Assembly: GCA_036149055.1 (NCBI GenBank) | Contig: JAYZQJ010000120.1 | Coordinates: forward strand, 1 to 44,779 | Reading direction: 5' to 3' | Source: Myxococcota bacterium | GTDB lineage: Bacteria > Myxococcota_A > Polyangia > Polyangiales > Sandaracinaceae | Length of the DNA stretch: 44,779 bases | Part shown: positions 28,247-36,666 of the stretch, piece after piece | How positions within the stretch are numbered: the stretch's first letter is position 1 | How the letters are laid out: every line of letters starts with the position of its first letter | Program-made: the position numbers and the translations under genes | The notes under the pieces: model-generated | The model's input: only the letters and a program-made list of their open reading frames with translations | What the model was told of the DNA's origin: nothing | Database searches by the model: none

Positions 28247-30310
28247 GTGCTCAACCGCTCCCCGCTTCTCTTCGCTCTCCTCGCCCTCGGCTGCGCGCCG
28301 AGCGCCCTCGACGAGGCCGTCGCCGAGACCGGCGTCGAAGGCCCCTGGGGTGAGGTCCCCGCCGACGGGAAGTACGACGGAAGCGCCGCCCGCGGCCCCC
28401 GGGTCTCCGCCGGGGTGGACACCGAGGTCTGGTCGGTGCGCAACGCCTGGGCCGACACCGACACCGCCGACGCGCGCGCCGCGGGCATGGCGTGGGGCGC
28501 GGACTCGGGGCTCGACTGGGAGCAGAAGTTCGATCTCTGGGTCGCGAGCTTCGAGCTCGAGGATCGCCACCACGGCTCGGGCGAGACCTTCATCGTCACC
28601 ACGCCCTACGGCGACCGGCGCTTCCACGCGCCCACCCTCGAGTGCGCCGAGGTCGCCTTCCTCCTCCGCGCCGCGTTCGCGAGCTGGTACCACCTGCCGT
28701 TCTTCGTGCAGGGCTGGGACTCGCAGGGCCGCCAGGCGCTCTACGCCGGTCACTTCGGCTTCATCAACGGCGACGGCGAGCGGGTCGGCAAGTTCCCGCG
28801 CTTCCGCACCAGCTACCGCGACTACGAGGGCGACTGGAGCCCTGGCCAGCCCTGGCCGAGCGACAGCCGCCTCCGCGGCTACCGGCTGGGCGACGACGAC
28901 GCGGTCGAGTTCCTCTCGACCGACGGCCAGGAGGTCGGCGCGGGCGCGTACTTCGACGAGATCTTCCTCAACAAGCGCGTGGGCTACTTCATGCGCCTGC
29001 TGCTCCTCTACTTCGGCAGCACCAACCTCGCCGACGGCGCCAACATGTTCCACGTCCGCGCCGAGGCGGTCGAGGCCGGCGACGTGCTCCTCAAGCGCTG
29101 GCAGCGCCGCGGCATCGGCCACGTGATGCCGGTCATGCGGGTCGAGCGTCACGCCGAGGACGCCCTCGAGGTGTCGATCGCGAGCGGCTCGATGCCGCGC
29201 CGCGAGCCGGTCTGGGAGGATCCCAACCGCGCCCGCTCCAGCTTCACCGCGAGCGCCACCGGCGGCGAGGGGGAGAGCAGCGACGGCGAGCCCTACGCGG
29301 CGCTCGGCGGCGGCCTCAAGCGCTGGCGCACCGCGGTGCTCCGCTCGGGCCGCTGGCGCAACGAGGTCATCGAGCGTGACCGCGAGGACTTCATCAACGA
29401 CGCCGACCACGAGGCGATCGCGGCCCGCCCCGGCCGCTTCGAGGAGATCCTCCGCAGCCTCTCGCCCGAGGAGCGCCGCGACGTGGCCCTCCAGGCGGTC
29501 GACGCCGCGCGCGAGCACCTCCGCAACTACCCCGCGAGCTGCGCCGCGCGCATCCGCCGCGAGGACGCCTTCGACAGCCTCTACGAGGTGATGGCCGAGC
29601 AGGGCCAGGACCGGGCCACCGTCGACGCGACCTACCGCACCCTCGAGGACTACGTCTTCTCCGCGCTGGTCTACGAGCAGTCGCGCACCTGCTGCTGGAA
29701 CCGCAGCACCGCGGGCATGCACGAGATCATCATGAGCTACGCGCAGCAGGAGCAGGCGGACGCGGCCGAGATGGGCATGTGCGTCGCGCCCAGCGTGTTC
29801 CGCGCCGAGACCGACGGCTACGCCCGCTGGCAGGCCCACGCCGAGGCGCTCGGCCGCGCCGGCGAGTGGAACGCCTGGAGCGAGGACGAGGCGTGCGCCC
29901 AGCGCGACGTGCCCGAGGACACCGTCGACGCGGAGCGCGCCGGCACCGCCTACTGCGCGCTCGGAGAGCCCGTCGAGCCGCCCCCGGCCGGCCTCGGCTG
30001 CGACCCCGCGGGCGCGCTCACCCGCAGCGACGCGACCGCGCTCGCGGTGGGCGACTGGCTCGAGGCGCGCCTGTGCAGCGGCGAGGAGGACTGGTTCCGC
30101 GTCGACGCGAGCGGCGAGGTGACCATCACCATCAGCTTCGAGCACGCGGCCGGCGACCTCGACCTCGAGCTCGTCGACGCGAGCGGCGCCCGCCTCGGCT
30201 CGAGCGCGGGCGTGCAGAACGAGGAGACGGTCACCGCGAGCGGCCCGCTCTTCGTCCGCGTCTACGGCTACTCCGACGCCGCCAACGACTACCGCATCCG
30301 CGCGGAGTGA
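28247..30310 (+). CDS. Large lipoprotein with putative papain-like Cys/His domain and C-terminal PPC (pre-peptidase) domain
   Basis: GGAGG RBS then GTG; lipobox LALGC; ECAEVAFLLR...GDVLL..GIGHV; C-terminal EEDWFRV..GDLDLEL..NEETV..VRVYGY..Y.I. Confidence 0.75.
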   Translation: MLNRSPLLFALLALGCAPSALDEAVAETGVEGPWGEVPADGKYDGSAARGPRVSAGVDTEVWSVRNAWADTDTADARAAGMAWGADSGLDWEQKFDLWVASFELEDRHHGSGETFIVTTPYGDRRFHAPTLECAEVAFLLRAAFASWYHLPFFVQGWDSQGRQALYAGHFGFINGDGERVGKFPRFRTSYRDYEGDWSPGQPWPSDSRLRGYRLGDDDAVEFLSTDGQEVGAGAYFDEIFLNKRVGYFMRLLLLYFGSTNLADGANMFHVRAEAVEAGDVLLKRWQRRGIGHVMPVMRVERHAEDALEVSIASGSMPRREPVWEDPNRARSSFTASATGGEGESSDGEPYAALGGGLKRWRTAVLRSGRWRNEVIERDREDFINDADHEAIAARPGRFEEILRSLSPEERRDVALQAVDAAREHLRNYPASCAARIRREDAFDSLYEVMAEQGQDRATVDATYRTLEDYVFSALVYEQSRTCCWNRSTAGMHEIIMSYAQQEQADAAEMGMCVAPSVFRAETDGYARWQAHAEALGRAGEWNAWSEDEACAQRDVPEDTVDAERAGTAYCALGEPVEPPPAGLGCDPAGALTRSDATALAVGDWLEARLCSGEEDWFRVDASGEVTITISFEHAAGDLDLELVDASGARLGSSAGVQNEETVTASGPLFVRVYGYSDAANDYRIRAE

Positions 30311-30435
30311 GCCCGGGGCGGTCTGCCGGGGCGGGGTGGTAGCGGCGGTCTGGTAGGGCGGGGCGAAACGCCTCGCCCCGCGGTCGCCGCGCCCCGAACG
30401 CTGGACGTGGCACGCGTCGCGCACACGTCGCGGGC

Positions 30436-31359
30436 GTGTCAGCGCAACGCAGTGACGGTCGCGTCGGCGTCGAGGTGGAGCTCGGGGGCCTGGAGCTCGA
30501 GCGCGCCACCCGCATCGCCGCCGAGGTCCTGGGCGGAGAGATCTCGCCCATCTCACGCTACGAGCAGCGGATCGACACCCGCTGGGGCGAGTTCCGGGTC
30601 GAGCTCGACTCGCGCCCGCTGAAGGAGATCGCCAAGAGCTGGGGCTCGCACCCGGGGCGGCTCACCGCGCTGACCGCCGACGCGATCGAGGCGGTCGCGA
30701 TCGAGTGGGTCCCCTGCGAGCTCGTCTCGCCTCCGATGCCGCGGGGGGATCTCCCGGTGATCGACGAGGTCTGCCAGGCGTTCGCGGAGGCGGGCGGGCG
30801 CGGCACCTTCGACGCGCTGCGCTTCGCGTTCGGCGTGCACTTCAACCCGGAGATCGTCGCCCCCGACGCCGACCGGATCCGCGCGCACGTGCAGGCCTTC
30901 GCGCTCCTGTACCGGGAGCTGCTCGAGCGCCTGCCGGTCGATCCGTCGCGCCGCTTCACGCCGTTCATCGACCCGTACCCCGCCGAGTACGTGCAGCTGC
31001 TCATGCGGCCGGGCTACGCGCCGGACCTCGCCGGCCTCGTCGACGACTACCTGCGCTTCAACCCGACCCGGAACCGCGCCCTCGACATGCTCCCGCTCTT
31101 CGCCCACCTCGACGAGGCGAGGGTGCGGGCGGTGGTCGACGACCCGGCGGTGAAGCCCCGGCCGACCTTCCACTATCGCCTCTGCAACAGCCGCGTCGGC
31201 GACGAGGGCTGGTCGCTGATGAACGAGTGGCGCACCTGGCGGGCCATCGAGGCCCTCGCCGCCGACCCCGAGCGGCTCGAGGCGGCCCGGCGGAGCTGGC
31301 GCGAGCGGACCGAGCCCGACCTGCTCGACGGGCTCAAGGGCGCGATGGGGCTGTCGTGA
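30436..31359 (+). CDS. Putative amidoligase enzyme (Amidoligase_2, COOH-NH2 ligase)
   Basis: RVGVEVELGG, CELVSPP, AFGVHFNPE, YLRFNPTRNRALDMLPLF, RPTFHYRL.NSRV. Confidence 0.85.
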   Translation: MSAQRSDGRVGVEVELGGLELERATRIAAEVLGGEISPISRYEQRIDTRWGEFRVELDSRPLKEIAKSWGSHPGRLTALTADAIEAVAIEWVPCELVSPPMPRGDLPVIDEVCQAFAEAGGRGTFDALRFAFGVHFNPEIVAPDADRIRAHVQAFALLYRELLERLPVDPSRRFTPFIDPYPAEYVQLLMRPGYAPDLAGLVDDYLRFNPTRNRALDMLPLFAHLDEARVRAVVDDPAVKPRPTFHYRLCNSRVGDEGWSLMNEWRTWRAIEALAADPERLEAARRSWRERTEPDLLDGLKGAMGLS

Positions 31360-31384
31360 CCGTGACGGAGACGACGAGGACGTC

Positions 31385-32095
31385 GTGAGGCCGACCATCC
31401 TGGTCAGCGCCCCGAGGCGGCGTGGGCGCATCGCGTATCACCTGACCCGCATGCTCGTGCGGGGCGCGGGCGGCGAGGTGCGGCGCGTGCGCCCGCGGAC
31501 CGGCGAGATCCCCTGGGACGGCGCGCGCGGCGTGATCCTCGGGGGCGGCGAGGACATCGATCCGCGCCGCTATCGCGAGGAGGCGCAGGTGGAGGCGCGG
31601 CTCGACCCCGAGCGCGACGCGCTGGAGTGGGCGCTGCTCGACGGAGCGCTCCGGCGAGGGCTGCCGGTGCTCGGCATCTGCCGCGGCGCGCAGCTCCTCA
31701 ACGTCTACCTCGGCGGCACCCTCCATCAGGATCTGCAGGCCGAGTTCCCGCGCCACTCTCCGCGCCGGCAGCTCTTCGCGCGGAAGCGGATCGAGGTCGA
31801 CGCCAAGAGTCGCCTCCACCGCGCGCTCTCCGCGACGACCCTGCGGGTCAACTCGCTCCACAGCCAGGGCATCGCGTCGCTCGGGCGAGGGCTGCGGATC
31901 TGCGCCCGCGACGCGCTCGGGGTGATCCAGGGCGTCGAGCGGAGCGCGGGCCCGCTGTGTCTCGGGGTGCAGTGGCACCCGGAGCTGCTGCCCGCGCGGG
32001 TGGAGCAGCGGCGGCTGTTCGGGGCGGTGGTGCGGGCCGCGGTCGGGGACGCGACGCAAGCCAGCTCGGACGTCAGCAGCGCGCGGCGAACATGA
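31385..32095 (+). CDS. Peptidase C26 / gamma-glutamyl-GABA hydrolase family (class I glutamine amidotransferase)
   Basis: GGGEDIDP..Y, RDALE, PVLGICRGAQLLNV..GGTLHQ, VNSLHSQ, GVQWHPE. Confidence 0.9.
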   Translation: MRPTILVSAPRRRGRIAYHLTRMLVRGAGGEVRRVRPRTGEIPWDGARGVILGGGEDIDPRRYREEAQVEARLDPERDALEWALLDGALRRGLPVLGICRGAQLLNVYLGGTLHQDLQAEFPRHSPRRQLFARKRIEVDAKSRLHRALSATTLRVNSLHSQGIASLGRGLRICARDALGVIQGVERSAGPLCLGVQWHPELLPARVEQRRLFGAVVRAAVGDATQASSDVSSARRT

Positions 32096-32237
32096 CTGCG
32101 CGCGCCTCGCCGGCGGGACGCCGCGGCCAGCGCGCCAGTCGCTCCTCCGAAATGCTGAAGCATTTCGTCGTCGGCCCGCCGCGCTGGACGCGACGTCGCG
32201 CTCGACGATCCATCACGCGCATATTCGCCGCGCGCTG

Positions 32238-33026
32238 CTAGAAGCGCAGCGCCGCGTCGAGGCCGACGACGTCCGGGCCGACGACCGGGCGGAGCGCCAC
32301 CGGCTGCGACTCCGCGTCGAGCCCGAGGATCACGAGCACCACGCCGATCGCGGCCACGCCGACGCCCGCGCCGACGAGGATGTCGGTGAGCAGCGCGTAG
32401 CGGCGGACCTCGTCGCGGAGCCGGATCTGCTCGTCGCGATCGTCGGCCGCCTCGAAGTCGCCGTTGGCGGCGAGGGCCAGGCCCCCGAACACGCCGCCCA
32501 CCGCGGCCCCGAGCGCGCCGGTGCCCACGAGCACCCAGCCGACCGGCACCAGCGGCGACGACGCGCGCGGCGCCGGGGTCGCGGGCGCGGGCTCGACGTC
32601 CACCGCGGCGCTCGCGTCGGGAGGCTCGACCACCGGCTCGGGCTCGGGCTCCGGCTCCTCGGGGGGCCGCAGCGCCTCGATCTCCGCCCTCAGGCTGCTC
32701 CGCGCGGACAGCGCCCGGGTGCGCATCTCCGAGGTGGTGCCCGGCAGCTCCAGCAGGCGGTCGTAGGCCGCGATCGCCTCCTCCCGCATGACCGCGCGCT
32801 CGTAGGAGCGGGCGATGTTGTAGGCGAGCTCGGGCTCGGGGCGGATCGCGTAGGCCGCCTCGAACGCCGCCGCCGCCTCCGCGTAGCGCCGCGCCTGGTA
32901 GTGCTCGAGGCCCGCGTCCAGCTGGGCGTCGAAGGAGACCTCCGCGTCGGCGTCCTGCGCCCGCGCCAGCCCCGCGCCTCCGCCCCCGACGAGGAGAGCC
33001 AGCGTCAGCGCCGCGATCGTCCTCAT
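32238..33026 (-). CDS. Secreted TPR protein with C-terminal hydrophobic hairpins
   Basis: ATG 33026 overlaps the upstream stop (ATGA); signal peptide; YQARRYAEAAAAFEAAY..PELAYNIARSYE TPR; C-terminal Gly-rich TM-like segments ending ..ALRF. Confidence 0.85.
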   Translation of the reverse strand: MRTIAALTLALLVGGGGAGLARAQDADAEVSFDAQLDAGLEHYQARRYAEAAAAFEAAYAIRPEPELAYNIARSYERAVMREEAIAAYDRLLELPGTTSEMRTRALSARSSLRAEIEALRPPEEPEPEPEPVVEPPDASAAVDVEPAPATPAPRASSPLVPVGWVLVGTGALGAAVGGVFGGLALAANGDFEAADDRDEQIRLRDEVRRYALLTDILVGAGVGVAAIGVVLVILGLDAESQPVALRPVVGPDVVGLDAALRF

Positions 33027-34354
33027 CGCTCCCCCACGCAGCCGCTCGGGACCACCGCCGGCGCGCCCTCGAGGTCGGTCACCCCGTCGACGAACCAGCA
33101 CATCTCGAGCAGCTGCTCGTCGGTCGGCATGGCGCCCGGCGCGACGCGCTGCCGGCCGGTGTTGTCGGTCACCGGGCCGAGGAACGGCAGGTAGCGCGCC
33201 CGATCGGTGTCGGCCGAGAGATCCGGCACGAGCCCCTCGACGTCGACCCGCACCGCCGAAGGCACGTTGCGATCGTTGATGTTCAGGTAGACCGTGCTCT
33301 GGCTCGGATCCGCGCGCATCTGCTCCCAGGGCTGGATGTCCGGGCGCCAGGTGCCCGCCTCCATCTCCTCCAGCAGGCGCGTCACCAGCGGGCCCCAGTT
33401 CCAGTAGGCGCTGGCGATGCAGGTCTCCTCCGCGAAGGAGCAGCTGTCGGGGTTGTCGTAGCCGATGGTGTAGAGCGGGCGCTCGGTGGTGCTGCGCGCG
33501 TTCACGGTCTCGATCGGGATCGTGGTGTCCGTGTGCGCGAAGACGACGTCGACGCCGGCGTCGACCAGATCGTTGGCCGCCGCCGCCTCTTCCTCCGGAT
33601 CGAACCACGCGAAGACCCAGCGCACGACGATCTCGGCGTCCGGGTTCACCTCGCGCACCCCACGCGCGAACGCGTTGATGTGACGGACGGTCTCCGGGAT
33701 GACGATGGGACCGACGATGCCGACCCGGTCGACCTCGGTGGTCCGCCCGGCGAGCTGCCCCGCCTGGTACATCACCTGGTACATCCGGCCGAAGTAGCTG
33801 CCGAGGTTCGGCCCGCTGACGAAGCCCGAGCAGAGCAGGAAGTTCACGTCGGGGTGACGCAGGGCCGCGCTCTGCACCGGGACGAGGAAGTCGAAGCTGG
33901 TCGCGATGATGACGTTGTCACCGCGGGCCACGAACTCCTCGATGCGATCGGGCGCGTCCACCGTCGAGACCGACGGCGCGAACATCGCGGTGGCGGTGTC
34001 GATGCGCTCGAGGAAGTGCACCCGGCTGTCGTCGTGCGCCTTCGTCCAGCCGTGGTCGCCCACCGGCCCGACGTACAGCATGCCGACCTGCAGCGGCGAG
34101 CGCGGCGGCGGCGAGAGGAGGTCGCAGGTGCCCCCTCCGCCGCAGGTGGCGTTCTCCGGGCAGGGCTGGGCGGCGTCACACTCTCGCGTGCAGCGTCCCT
34201 CGCGGCACAGGCCGCTCTGACACTCGAACCCCTCGGCGCACACGCCCCCGAACGCGGTCTCGCCGGTCTCGCTCAGCTGCGGATCCAGGAGCAGCGAGCA
34301 CCCCCCGAGCGACAAGAGCGCGCCGAGCAGCGCGGCCCCCAACGGCTTGCTCAT
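33023..34354 (-). CDS. BMP family ABC-type substrate-binding lipoprotein with N-terminal Cys-rich domain
   Basis: Lipobox LGGC; Cys-rich CAEGFECQSGLC..; VGMLYVGPVGDHGWTKAHD, IIATSF, INAFARG, WFDP..E, WNWGP. Confidence 0.88.
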   Translation of the reverse strand: MSKPLGAALLGALLSLGGCSLLLDPQLSETGETAFGGVCAEGFECQSGLCREGRCTRECDAAQPCPENATCGGGGTCDLLSPPPRSPLQVGMLYVGPVGDHGWTKAHDDSRVHFLERIDTATAMFAPSVSTVDAPDRIEEFVARGDNVIIATSFDFLVPVQSAALRHPDVNFLLCSGFVSGPNLGSYFGRMYQVMYQAGQLAGRTTEVDRVGIVGPIVIPETVRHINAFARGVREVNPDAEIVVRWVFAWFDPEEEAAAANDLVDAGVDVVFAHTDTTIPIETVNARSTTERPLYTIGYDNPDSCSFAEETCIASAYWNWGPLVTRLLEEMEAGTWRPDIQPWEQMRADPSQSTVYLNINDRNVPSAVRVDVEGLVPDLSADTDRARYLPFLGPVTDNTGRQRVAPGAMPTDEQLLEMCWFVDGVTDLEGAPAVVPSGCVGER

Positions 34355-34373
34355 GAGACGCACCCTACTCCCA

Positions 34374-36050
34374 TCAGTCCACGACGGGAATGCGGGTCCG
34401 TCGCTCGTCGACCAACGAGGACCGGCGCGTGGGCGGCGCCGCCTCCGACTCCGCGCGCGGGCGGCGCGGACGCTGGCGCCTGACGCGGGGCGCGGGCTCC
34501 GGCGTCGCCTCCACCGGCGCCTCCACCGGCGCCTCGGGCTCCGGGGGCAGCGTCGGCCGCAGGGCCACGTGGACCTCGATCTCGTCGCCGAGCAGCGCGT
34601 GCCGCGCCTCGCCCGGCTCGTAGCCCTCGAGGCGCAGCTGGAAGACCTGGCTCGCGCCCTCGGGGGTGTGCGGCAGCTCGCGGGTGAGCGGCGTCACCCC
34701 GAGGCGCACCCCGCCGGAGCTGACCTCGGCGCCGCTCGGCTCGCTGGTGATCGTGACCCGCGCGGTGGTCGCGGCCGGCGGCTCGGGGGCGGGCGGCGGG
34801 TCCGCGACCGGGGCCGGCGCGACCGGGCGCTCGTCCTCCAGGAAGCGGGGCACGGCGAGCGCCGCGAGCAGGCCGCCGAGCCCGAGCAACACGAGCACCG
34901 CGAGCCACGGCGCCCCGCGACGACCCTCCGGCTCGGCGTCGGCGTCGAGGTCGAGCTCCGGGTCGCTGTCCAGCCCGAGCGAGCCGACCCGCACCCCCGA
35001 CGACGAGGCGAGCGCGTCGTGGGCGCCCGTCCGGTTGGCGTCGGCCGGGCCGGCCTCCTTGAGCGCGCCGATGACCTCGTCGATCGTCGCGTAGCGATCC
35101 TCCGCGTGCTTCTGCATGCAGCGCTGGACGATCGCGTCGAGGGCCGCCGGGGGCTCCCAGGCCGGCCGCTCGGAGAGCTCGTCGAAGACCTCCGCGAGCC
35201 GCGGGGTGGGCCGCCGGAGGTGCTGGGTGAGCACCTCCATCGGGCTGCGCCCGAGGAACGGGGGTCGGCCGGTCAGCATCGCGAAGAGGCAGGCCCCGAA
35301 CGAGTAGATGTCGGCCCGCGCGTCGACCGGCTCGCAGAGGATCTGCTCGGGCGACATGTAGCGCGGCGAGCCCAGCACCATCTCCGAGTCGGTGAGATCC
35401 TCCTCGACGTCCGCGCGGTCCTCCTCGAAGACCTTCACCAGCCCGAAGTCGAGCACCTTGACCGCGTCGGGCTCGGCGTCCTCGTCCAGGGACTCTCGCA
35501 GCACGAAGACGTTGCCCGGCTTGAGGTCGCGGTGGGCGACGCCCTCGCGGTGGGCGGCGCGGAGCGCGCGGGCGACCTGCATCGCCACCCGGGCGGCGCG
35601 CTCCGGCGGCAGCGGCCCCTCGCGCGCGATCAGCTCCTTGAGCGGCTCGCCGTCGAGCAGCTCCATCGCCATGAACAGGTCGCCGGTCTCCGACTCGCCG
35701 TAGTCGTGCACCACCACGATGTTCGGGTGGGCGAGCTTCGCGCAGATCGACGCCTCGAGCAGGAAGCGCTGCCGGAAGTCTCCGTGGACGTTCGGCGGAG
35801 GGACCAGCACCTTCACCGCCACCGAGCGCTCGAGCGGCAGCTGCGTCGCGCGGTACACGCGCCCCATGCCGCCCTTGGCGATCAGCGCCTCGAGGCGGTA
35901 GCGCTCGTTCAGCGTGCGCGGCAGCGTCGGCTCGGAGAAGGTCCCCGATCGGGTCACCGCGCTCCGGTCCGAGGCCCCCTCGCCCCCGCCGCCCCACTTC
36001 GACGTCTCACCCATTCGCTGCTCGGCCCCTCGTAGGAGCTTGCCCTTCAT
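34374..36050 (-). CDS. Membrane Ser/Thr protein kinase with extracytoplasmic PEGA domain
   Basis: IAKGGMGRVY, VAVKVL, HPNIV, HRDLKPGN, KVLDFG, GSPRYMSPE, TM WLAVLVLLGLGGLLAAL, PEGA ITSEPSGAEV..GVTP..LEGY. Alternative starts 36014 and 36074. Confidence 0.92.
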   Translation of the reverse strand: MKGKLLRGAEQRMGETSKWGGGGEGASDRSAVTRSGTFSEPTLPRTLNERYRLEALIAKGGMGRVYRATQLPLERSVAVKVLVPPPNVHGDFRQRFLLEASICAKLAHPNIVVVHDYGESETGDLFMAMELLDGEPLKELIAREGPLPPERAARVAMQVARALRAAHREGVAHRDLKPGNVFVLRESLDEDAEPDAVKVLDFGLVKVFEEDRADVEEDLTDSEMVLGSPRYMSPEQILCEPVDARADIYSFGACLFAMLTGRPPFLGRSPMEVLTQHLRRPTPRLAEVFDELSERPAWEPPAALDAIVQRCMQKHAEDRYATIDEVIGALKEAGPADANRTGAHDALASSSGVRVGSLGLDSDPELDLDADAEPEGRRGAPWLAVLVLLGLGGLLAALAVPRFLEDERPVAPAPVADPPPAPEPPAATTARVTITSEPSGAEVSSGGVRLGVTPLTRELPHTPEGASQVFQLRLEGYEPGEARHALLGDEIEVHVALRPTLPPEPEAPVEAPVEATPEPAPRVRRQRPRRPRAESEAAPPTRRSSLVDERRTRIPVVD

Positions 36051-36143
36051 ACCATCTCCGCGTCTGTCTGACATGGGCCAAAGACGCACGACGCCCGCGT
36101 TCGGTTGTTGGAAAACGGTAGCGCCGGGAATACCTTGAGCCGC

Positions 36144-36608
36144 ATGGCCATCACCCAGAGCATCCTCGTCGCCACCGACTTCTCGGATGCAGCGAATTAC
36201 GGCCTCGAGAAGGCCGGAGAGCTCGCGCGTGAGGTCGGCGCGAAGGTCACCGTCTGCCACGTGCTCGACCCCTCTCCGCTGGCGCCCATCGCCACCCGCG
36301 GCGAGGCGGCGAAGCAGCTCGCGGTCGAGCAGGACGTGGAGAAGGCGATCCACGCGGCGCTGACCGAGGTGGTCGAGAAGCACTACGGCGACATCGAGAA
36401 GACCAAGACGGCGCTGATCATCAGCCCCAACGCCGCCGACGGGATCTGCCACTACGCGCAGAAGGAGGACGTCGACCTGATCGTCATCTCGACGCACGGT
36501 CGGACCGGCCTCGCGCACCTGCTGATCGGGAGCGTGGCCGAGAACGTCGTGCGCCACTCGCCTTGCCCCGTGCTGACGGTGCGCTCTCCCGTCCAGGGCG
36601 AGCGCTGA
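36144..36608 (+). CDS. Universal stress protein
   Basis: ILVATDFS, DLIVISTHGRTGL..LLIGSVAENVVRHSPCPVLTVR. Confidence 0.93.
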   Translation: MAITQSILVATDFSDAANYGLEKAGELAREVGAKVTVCHVLDPSPLAPIATRGEAAKQLAVEQDVEKAIHAALTEVVEKHYGDIEKTKTALIISPNAADGICHYAQKEDVDLIVISTHGRTGLAHLLIGSVAENVVRHSPCPVLTVRSPVQGER

Positions 36609-36666
36609 ACGGAGTTCGGGCGGGCGCTCGACCGACCCCCGCCCGGCGTGCATCCTCCACCCGATC

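Noticed and set aside
30356..30378. Hairpin GGGCGGGGCG-AAA-CGCCTCGCCC as an ncRNA or riboswitch
   Set aside because: A single GC-rich stem with no U-tract or recognisable aptamer; at most a weak terminator.
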